Of a stretch of DNA of 64,000 nt, positions 30,122-37,134 are shown piece by piece. How positions within the stretch are numbered: the stretch's first letter is position 1; each line of letters starts with the position of its first letter. A program made the position numbers and the translations under genes. The DNA lies in contig JALHOP010000007.1 in NCBI GenBank assembly GCA_022842935.1, positions 77,592 to 141,591 of the forward strand, read 5' to 3'. Under the pieces are notes generated by a model. The model had not been told where the DNA came from and did no database searches. It saw only the letters and a list, made by a program, of their open reading frames with translations. The DNA comes from Myxococcota bacterium. GTDB taxonomy: Bacteria; Myxococcota; XYA12-FULL-58-9; JALHOP01.

Positions 30122-31230
30122 CCGACGTTGCCGCAAGCAAAGGTGACAATGGCGCTGTTCGTGACCTGTACCAGCGCGCGCTGCGGAAGCGGCGCATCCC
30201 CATGCAAGCGATCTTCGAGCTCACGTTGCGTTGCAACTTGCGGTGCGATCACTGCTACCTGGGAAGTGATCGCAAGCGTGACGAGCTGTCGACTGCCGAG
30301 GTCACGCGCATCCTCGATGAGCTCGCGGGTGCGGGGACGCTCATTCTCACGTTGACCGGCGGCGAGGTCATGCTGCGGCCGGACTTCGAAGACATTTATC
30401 GGCACGCCATCGCGCGCGGATTTTTGGTCAGCGTGTTCACCAACGCGACGCTCATCAAGCCTCGCCACGTCCAGCTGTTCAAGGAGCTGCCGCCACGCGT
30501 CGTCGAGGTCTCGCTGTACGGCTTGAGTGACGACGACTACGTCGACTTCACGCATGCGACGATCCCTTTTGCCGACGTCGACGCCAACCTGCGCGCGCTC
30601 AAGAGCGCGGGCGTCCATTTCGTCTTGAAGAGCGTCGCGACGGTCACGCTGGGTCCCAAGATCCGAGCCATGCGCGCCTACGCCGAAGCGCTCGGTGTGC
30701 ACTTCCGATTCTCGACGACAGTCTACGGCGCCAATGACGAGACGGCGCTTGCCGACCACGAGCGACCCTCGGCCGAGACAGTCTGCGACAACGAGCGCGG
30801 CATCGTGCCAGTCGAGAGCCCGAACCGCGTGCCGCTCCCAACTCTTCCGAATCGTGTCTTCAACTGCGGAGCGGGTCGCGTCGCCATGCACGTCGACCCC
30901 GAAGGCATCGCTTCGCGTTGTGGCATCGTTACGAGCGCGCTTGGCGCACACACCGACTTGCGCAAGGTTTCGGTGCGCGAAGCCTGGGAGCGATTGGGCG
31001 TTGGCCTCGACGACGAGCTGGCCGAGGGGCATCCGTGCCGCGACTGTGAGATTAGGGCGCTATGCCACCGGTGCCCTGCGACCTCGACGCCCGAGCAAGA
31101 GATCGCCATGTGCGAGACTGCGCATGCCCGGGCGCGCGAGCTCGACCTTCAGGTGGCGGCGGTAGCGCCGATGCGCCAATTCTGGCAACCTCGGGAAGAG
31201 TCGATCTTGAAGCGGAGATTTCGTGGCTGA
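30118..31230 (+). CDS. radical SAM / SPASM-domain peptide-modifying enzyme
   Basis: CNLRCDHC (CxxxCxxC) radical-SAM cluster motif. C-terminal SPASM Cys cluster (FNCGAGR...CRDCEIRALCHRCP). Confidence 0.85.
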   Translation: MTDVAASKGDNGAVRDLYQRALRKRRIPMQAIFELTLRCNLRCDHCYLGSDRKRDELSTAEVTRILDELAGAGTLILTLTGGEVMLRPDFEDIYRHAIARGFLVSVFTNATLIKPRHVQLFKELPPRVVEVSLYGLSDDDYVDFTHATIPFADVDANLRALKSAGVHFVLKSVATVTLGPKIRAMRAYAEALGVHFRFSTTVYGANDETALADHERPSAETVCDNERGIVPVESPNRVPLPTLPNRVFNCGAGRVAMHVDPEGIASRCGIVTSALGAHTDLRKVSVREAWERLGVGLDDELAEGHPCRDCEIRALCHRCPATSTPEQEIAMCETAHARARELDLQVAAVAPMRQFWQPREESILKRRFRG

Positions 31231-31390
31231 CAGCAACCATCCGGCGCGCAAGCGCAAAGCCTATCAGCCACCGAAGCTCGAGACCGTCGAGGTCGTCGCC
31301 GAGGAAGCGCTGCTCGCTCTCTGCGCTTTCGGTGGTGGAACGCCCCAGACCGTCATGCAGGGCGCCCCCTGCGAGGTCTGCAAGAGTTGA
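31223..31390 (+). CDS. candidate RiPP precursor peptide (55 aa, not in the ORF track): VADSNHPARKRKAYQPPKLETVEVVAEEALLALCAFGGGTPQTVMQGAPCEVCKS
   Basis: GTG start overlaps the radical-SAM stop (GTGGCTGA) and is preceded by GCGGAG. It sits directly between the maturase and the kinase. Charged N-terminal leader-like half, a Gly-Gly-Gly junction, a core with three Cys and a C-terminal Ser. Confidence 0.5.
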   Translation: MADSNHPARKRKAYQPPKLETVEVVAEEALLALCAFGGGTPQTVMQGAPCEVCKS

Positions 31391-31421
31391 CGGGTGGGCG
31401 CCGCTCGCGTTTGTAGCGGGC

Positions 31422-32255
31422 GTGCGTGACATTGCTTTTGGGCCCATCGCTCTGCGCATCGCCGGAGACCTCGCGGCTGTTCGCTGGCCGCTCGGGGCCG
31501 ACGACGTGCAGGTCGCTCCGCGGGTAGGCGCGAAAGTCGTGCACACCGAGCTCGTCGACGACCTACCGCCGCTCGCGAACCCGACCATCGACACGGGGGT
31601 GTGGCGCGCCGCTGCCTCGGGAGACGGCACGCGCTTCGCAATCACGGTTCCTCCTGACGCTCGCGTCGTCGCCGATTTTCACTGGGGTACATCGATGGTT
31701 TTGCGCGTTGTTCGCGATTTCATCGGCTTCGACCGCGCCCCCTGGTTCGACATCCTCGTACAGCTTGCGGTGGCCGAGATGGCGCCTTCCTGCGCAGGCT
31801 TGGCGCTCCATGCGGCCTGCCTCGAGATCGGGGGTCGCGCTGTACTCCTGTGTGGGCGTTCGGGGGCAGGCAAGACCACGCTCGCTGGCCGCCTAATCCG
31901 TGCGGGGGGGCATCTGATGAGTCATGATCGAACAATCCTGTTCGGAAGCGGCGCATGGCGTGCCGTTTCGACTCCCTGGGGACACGATGGAAGGTTGGCG
32001 AGCGCCGAGCGCGAACGGGATGTCGGCGCTGTCTTGTTTCTCGAGCAAGCCCCCGTCAACAGTAGTGAACGACTGACCGGCGTGCGTGGTATGGCGCGCG
32101 TTGGGTCGGTGGTGCTCGGAGCCCGGTCTGCCAAAGCGGTTATGAGCAAAGCAATGGAAGTGGCGGAGCACCTCGTGCGTGAGGTGCCCTGCCACGTCGT
32201 GCGTTTGACGAACGACGAGCGAGCGACGGAACACGTGCTGGAGTTGTTGCGATGA
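31422..32255 (+). CDS. HprK-like P-loop kinase (HPr kinase C-terminal domain homologue)
   Basis: LLCGRSGAGKTTLAGRLIRAGGHLMSHDRTILF matches the HprK C-domain pattern GxSGxGKS...GHxLxxDD. Start placed at the first in-frame GTG after the precursor stop. The ORF-track frame extends upstream over the precursor and radical-SAM gene and is unlikely to be real there. Confidence 0.6.
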   Translation: MRDIAFGPIALRIAGDLAAVRWPLGADDVQVAPRVGAKVVHTELVDDLPPLANPTIDTGVWRAAASGDGTRFAITVPPDARVVADFHWGTSMVLRVVRDFIGFDRAPWFDILVQLAVAEMAPSCAGLALHAACLEIGGRAVLLCGRSGAGKTTLAGRLIRAGGHLMSHDRTILFGSGAWRAVSTPWGHDGRLASAERERDVGAVLFLEQAPVNSSERLTGVRGMARVGSVVLGARSAKAVMSKAMEVAEHLVREVPCHVVRLTNDERATEHVLELLR

Positions 32256-35203
32256 GATTCGCAGTTTTGGTGATTGTGGGCTCGGCCCTCCTGGCGAGTA
32301 GCGCAAACGCCGCCTACATCGCCAACATCACCATCGACGGAAATGCCGCAGACTGGAGCGGCATGTATCAGTTTCGTGACCGCAACGAGACGACCCAGAC
32401 TGGTACCGACATCCCCGACCGCTACGATGTCGACACCGTCTACGTCGCGAATGACGGCACGTACCTGTACTGGGCGATCAACACGTACGGTGCGATCAGC
32501 GGTAACCTCTCATGGCGCATCTACGTCGACCCGAACAACGACACGGCTTCGGGTGGCGGCTACGGCCAAGACGACCGCTACGTCGAGTTCGATACCAACA
32601 ACGGCACCTGCCAGGCAGTGACCGTCCACGACGCCGACAACAATGCGGTGCGCAACCCTGCCATCGGGTGCGGGAACGGCGCCAACATCAACGTGGCTTT
32701 CAGCGGCACCTTCATCGAGGGGCGCATCTTGCTTTCGCGCCTTTTCACGACGGTCCCCACCGGCGGCAACCTCAACATCGGCGTCCTCGTGCAGGTCATT
32801 CCGAACACGGGCAACACGGCGACCGAGCTCGCGCCGGGGCAGCCGCTTCCGTCGTTCATCGACTACGACAATCGTGGCACTCTGGTCCCCACCTTTGTCC
32901 GCGTCCGCGGACTGACCGCCGAAGCAGCTGAAGGTGGCGTACTCGTGCGTTGGCGCACGAGCGCTGAGTACTTCAGCGCCGGTACCTGGGTGGTCCGGGC
33001 GAGCGGCGACGACTGGGTGCCCGTAAGTGGCGAACCTTCCGCGACACAGAACCAGGCGACCGGCGACAGTTACGCCGTGGTCGATGCCAATGGAGGGCCG
33101 GGGGACATCTACGCGCTCGTCGAAGTCGACAGCCGCACTATCGTGCGCGTCTTCGGGCCCGTGACGGCCGTGAAGAGCGCCGTGACCTTGCCCACGCGCT
33201 CACAGCGTCTCGCCAGCAACCTGACGAGCAACGCCCGTCGCATCGCGTCCCTCGATCAGCGCCTGCGCGTGCGCACCGCTGCCCTGGACAACATCCTGAG
33301 TGGCGGCCCGCTCCCCGGGCGCTTCCCGCAGCTCGACGTCGATGTAACCCGCGAAGGTCTATTCGTCGTCTGCGATAGCGATACGCTACGTTATGGTGGC
33401 GTGCCTGCGAAGATCACGCGCGGCGCCGAGGTCGTACGTGGCTTTGCGGTGAGTACGCCGTGCGCGGGCCTTGGCTTCTACGCGCCGGCTCCGAGCTCGC
33501 CCTACGCGCCGTTCGACGTCTACCGCGTGCAACTCGCGGCCGCGCGCAACCTCTCGCTCATCGACGCGCCCCTCGTGACGACGTACGACGGCCCCGTATC
33601 ATTGGCAACGCTGTCCACGCTCGTGACACCGCGCCGCTATCTCGACATGCGCGACGGGCAGCCCAACCGTTTCTTCTGGAGCTACGCCTCGACCTCGCCA
33701 AGCGCTCCCGTCGACCTTCCCGCGATTCCGGGTTACGCCGACATGACCGTCGACGTGCATCCGCTCTCTGGCGGCGCGACGCACACCCTCGTGGTTGCGA
33801 CCGATCGCGAGCTTGGTCGCTACACGGTCGGTGACGGTTGGAGCCGAATCGACTTCACCAACCTGGCGGTGAACGGCGCTCCGGCTCTCACCTTCGTGGT
33901 CGAAGCAGAACAAGGCGTCATCGAGACGGTCTTGCTCGCCGACGCTACCGTCCGCTATCGCGGCGAGCCTGCCCAGGCCGAAAACGGTGTGCATTTCGGC
34001 GCCGACGGTGACAGCTGGGTCGGTGTCCGAGGCGGCGAAGGTTTCGCCTTCGATGTCACGCAACCGCGCGACCCAAGCCTCCTCGTCGTCGCCCCATACG
34101 CGAACGGCACCGTCGTACACACGCAACCCGAGACCCGCGATGTCTTCATCGCCAAGACCTTCACGAAGCTCCAAGCCGTGCCCACCCTCGTCGATGCGTT
34201 CATTGACGAGCCGGGGAGCGGCGCCGAATACCTAGTTCTCACACCGGCCTCGCTCGTGGACACCGCGCGTGAGCTCGCACAGCTGCGGGCCGAAGAGGGG
34301 ATGAGCACAGCGGTGCTCTCCTACGAGGCTGTCTACGCGCGTTTCACTGGCTCGAACCCCGACCCGACGGCCGTCGCGAAGCTCCTCGATTGGGCCGCTG
34401 TCCGCTGGAGCGTCGCACCGCGCTACCTCGTGCTCGTAGGTAGCACGAGCTCGGACCCGTATGGCTATACTGGGTCGCAGCGGCTCGCCGACGCGCCCAT
34501 CGCCGAGAGCTTGGACCCCGACTTTACCTACCGGCGCTTCAGTGACCGCGACCTCACGGGCTCGCATCAGGTCGCCGTCGGGCGCATTCCTACCTCTGAC
34601 GCTTATGAGCTTGGCCGCTACGTCGAGAAACTCCGCGCCCACCGCGAGCGGAGCGCAACGGGCGTCTGGTCAGTACTCGCTGGGGCCTCGACCCCCGATG
34701 AGCCCTCGTATGCTGGCCTCGTCAACAACATCGCGGCGCAGGTCGCCGAGTCGGTGACCATCGATCGCTTGGACGACGCAACCACCGTTGACCTCGTGAA
34801 TGCATGGGGCGCGGCCGACGTCATTGCCTACGCTGGTCACGGCGATGCCGAGTCGTGGGCAGACGACGTGCTCTACACCGAGCTTGCGCCAAACCTCGTG
34901 ACGGAGCGGCCACCCGTGACCCTTTCTGCGGCTTGCATGGACGCAATGACCACCAGCGCCAACGGAGGCCTCGCCTGGTCCTTGGTGTCCGCTGAAGTGG
35001 GTCGCGGTAGCATCGCAGCCATTGCGCCAAGCAGCATCATCGAGCCTATCAGGGCCTCTGCGTTCCTCGGACGGGCGGCTGCAGCCATCGCGCACGGTGA
35101 GGCGGCGCGCTGGGGGGATGCCTGGTTGCTCGCGCAGATGAGTGATACGAGTGTCGCCGCGCGGTCGATGGTGCTCATCGGCGACCCAGCGCTCAGCCCA
35201 TGA
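32252..35203 (+). CDS. secreted C25 (gingipain-like) cysteine peptidase family protein, 983 aa
   Basis: Sec signal peptide (ALLASSANA-AY). C-terminal region carries VIAYAGHGD (His box) and TLSAACMD (Cys box) in the order and spacing seen in the C25 catalytic domain. Its ATG overlaps the kinase stop (ATGA). Confidence 0.55.
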   Translation: MRFAVLVIVGSALLASSANAAYIANITIDGNAADWSGMYQFRDRNETTQTGTDIPDRYDVDTVYVANDGTYLYWAINTYGAISGNLSWRIYVDPNNDTASGGGYGQDDRYVEFDTNNGTCQAVTVHDADNNAVRNPAIGCGNGANINVAFSGTFIEGRILLSRLFTTVPTGGNLNIGVLVQVIPNTGNTATELAPGQPLPSFIDYDNRGTLVPTFVRVRGLTAEAAEGGVLVRWRTSAEYFSAGTWVVRASGDDWVPVSGEPSATQNQATGDSYAVVDANGGPGDIYALVEVDSRTIVRVFGPVTAVKSAVTLPTRSQRLASNLTSNARRIASLDQRLRVRTAALDNILSGGPLPGRFPQLDVDVTREGLFVVCDSDTLRYGGVPAKITRGAEVVRGFAVSTPCAGLGFYAPAPSSPYAPFDVYRVQLAAARNLSLIDAPLVTTYDGPVSLATLSTLVTPRRYLDMRDGQPNRFFWSYASTSPSAPVDLPAIPGYADMTVDVHPLSGGATHTLVVATDRELGRYTVGDGWSRIDFTNLAVNGAPALTFVVEAEQGVIETVLLADATVRYRGEPAQAENGVHFGADGDSWVGVRGGEGFAFDVTQPRDPSLLVVAPYANGTVVHTQPETRDVFIAKTFTKLQAVPTLVDAFIDEPGSGAEYLVLTPASLVDTARELAQLRAEEGMSTAVLSYEAVYARFTGSNPDPTAVAKLLDWAAVRWSVAPRYLVLVGSTSSDPYGYTGSQRLADAPIAESLDPDFTYRRFSDRDLTGSHQVAVGRIPTSDAYELGRYVEKLRAHRERSATGVWSVLAGASTPDEPSYAGLVNNIAAQVAESVTIDRLDDATTVDLVNAWGAADVIAYAGHGDAESWADDVLYTELAPNLVTERPPVTLSAACMDAMTTSANGGLAWSLVSAEVGRGSIAAIAPSSIIEPIRASAFLGRAAAAIAHGEAARWGDAWLLAQMSDTSVAARSMVLIGDPALSP

Positions 35204-37107
35204 AACAGGTCCTCCCTGTTGTACTTCTAGTTTGCGTGTTCGCGGCGTGCTCCGGTGACGGGAGCGAGGCGCTACTGCGGGTCGACGCGCGCGGTGTCCA
35301 AGCGCTGCGCTCCGCGCTCGACCTCGCCACTGGTCGTCTCACCATCAACTGCACCGACGGGCGTCGGTTCGACGTACCGGTCGCGCTCGATGCAATCGAG
35401 CCGCCGGGGCAAGAGCTGACCGTGGCGGTCCCTGCGTGCGGCGATGCGCGCATCGAGTTCCAAATCCTTTCGGGCGTCGGCGTCCCCGAGCTACGGGGCG
35501 CGAACGACGCCGTCCTCGTGCCGGGCTTCGTGGATGTGGAGATCCCGCTCGGCTATGTTGGCCAGCTCTCACTAAGTCTTGCCACTGACTCGCTCGTCGA
35601 GAGCTGCGTCGCCGTGGTCGAGCGCACCTCACCCGATCGCGTCCTCGTCGAAAGCGCGCTCACGCTGACCCGCACCGAAGTGACGTCGCTCATCGTCCCC
35701 ATCGGTAGCTACGACGTCACGTGCGACGGCCGCATCGCCCAGACTCTCGTGAGCCCGGGCCTCAACGTCGACGTCGCCCTCATTGACCCGGTGCCCGGTC
35801 CGCGGCTCATCAGCACCACCCTGCAGCCGAGCTATCCGCCGACCACCGCGCGCATCGACGTGACCTTCACATTTTCGGCGCCGGTGACTGGTGTCGACGC
35901 GAGTAGCGTGAGCCTCGACAACGACGGCACCATCCAGGCCGTGAGCGGGAGCGGTTCGAGCTACACCGTGACCTTCAATGGCCTCAACATTGGCACTGAC
36001 TACATCGTCACCCTGTCAGCCAGCATCGTCGACAGCGAAGGTCTTCCCCTGGTCGGCGCTCCGCTCCGCCTGCCCTTCCGCATCCGCGCCAACGAATACT
36101 TCGTGTCGACAGCTGGCGACGACAGCGTCAACAGCGGCACCGACCCGACGAGCCCTTGGCGCAATATCGCGTTTGCGGTGGCCAGTGCCTCGACGCCCGC
36201 GCGCATCTACGTCGCCGCTGGTACGTATGACGAGCAGGTGTTTCTCGCCAGCGATGTCACCATCGAAGGCGGCTGGTCAGCGGACTTCGTGACACGCGAC
36301 CTTGCCACTAACGAGAGCCGTGTCCGCGCGAGCAATCAGACGGTCTTTTTCGGCAGTGTCGGCAACGCCGTTGTCGATGGGCTGACCATCGAAGCGACGC
36401 AGCCGCAGCAAGTCGTGGTGATGCAGAACGCCGATGCCACCTTGCGTAACTGCATCGTCACCGGAGCGGGAGGAACCTTTCCGACTGGCTATGGCGTGTT
36501 CATCGAAGGCCTGGGTCTACCGAGTCTCGTCAACAACGTCATCGCGGTGTCGGCGGGCTCTTCGAGCACCTACGCGGTCTTCGTTCAGAACGGCGGTAGC
36601 GCCCGCGTCATCCACAACACCATCGACGCGGGTGATCGTGGCATCGTCTCCGGTGTCTACCTCGACAGCGCCGCGGGCGACGTCAGCATCGTGAACAACC
36701 TCTTTGTTGGTGGCACCACCGTCAACACCCGCGTCGGCATCACCGGGGAAGCGCCTCCTACCGCCCTTGTGAACAACGCGTTCTCGGCCGAACACGATGA
36801 TGCGTATCGCAACGCCGCTGGCACCGGGCTTCCCATCGGCGCGGCCGGTGACTTCGGCTTTACCGCGCCGCACCGCTTTAGCGGCAACGTGCTCGTGGCA
36901 GCTACCGCAGCCTTGGTTAGCGGTGGCGACTACCGCAGCACACCCGACAGCTCACTCCAGATCGGCATTGACTCGGCGCCCGCGGATTGCGGATTCACAG
37001 ACACCTCCGCCTACCCGTGTTTCGGTCCGACGACGGACCGCTTGGGACAGGCGCGCGCGGTCCCGACGACGGTTGGTGCCTACGCGTCCGGTGCCGGAGC
37101 GCTTTGA
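35200..37107 (+). CDS. lipoprotein with right-handed parallel beta-helix (pectate-lyase-like) repeats
   Basis: Lipobox LLVCVFAAC. Repeated beta-helix rungs (NAVVDGLTIEA, LRNCIVTGAGG, LVNNVIAVSAG, VIHNTIDAGD, SIVNNLFVGG). Its start overlaps the preceding stop (ATGA). Confidence 0.6.
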   Translation: MKQVLPVVLLVCVFAACSGDGSEALLRVDARGVQALRSALDLATGRLTINCTDGRRFDVPVALDAIEPPGQELTVAVPACGDARIEFQILSGVGVPELRGANDAVLVPGFVDVEIPLGYVGQLSLSLATDSLVESCVAVVERTSPDRVLVESALTLTRTEVTSLIVPIGSYDVTCDGRIAQTLVSPGLNVDVALIDPVPGPRLISTTLQPSYPPTTARIDVTFTFSAPVTGVDASSVSLDNDGTIQAVSGSGSSYTVTFNGLNIGTDYIVTLSASIVDSEGLPLVGAPLRLPFRIRANEYFVSTAGDDSVNSGTDPTSPWRNIAFAVASASTPARIYVAAGTYDEQVFLASDVTIEGGWSADFVTRDLATNESRVRASNQTVFFGSVGNAVVDGLTIEATQPQQVVVMQNADATLRNCIVTGAGGTFPTGYGVFIEGLGLPSLVNNVIAVSAGSSSTYAVFVQNGGSARVIHNTIDAGDRGIVSGVYLDSAAGDVSIVNNLFVGGTTVNTRVGITGEAPPTALVNNAFSAEHDDAYRNAAGTGLPIGAAGDFGFTAPHRFSGNVLVAATAALVSGGDYRSTPDSSLQIGIDSAPADCGFTDTSAYPCFGPTTDRLGQARAVPTTVGAYASGAGAL

Positions 37108-37134
37108 CGCCGCGCTCGCGGCGGAGCCTGGCCG

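Noticed and set aside
31062-31421. 5' extension of the HprK-like ORF (ORF-track start 31062) overlapping the rSAM 3' end and the small peptide
   Set aside because: The extension has no Met after codon 1, overlaps two other coding regions in different frames, and encodes an Arg/Ser/Pro-rich sequence. The first in-frame GTG after the peptide stop is the more plausible start.
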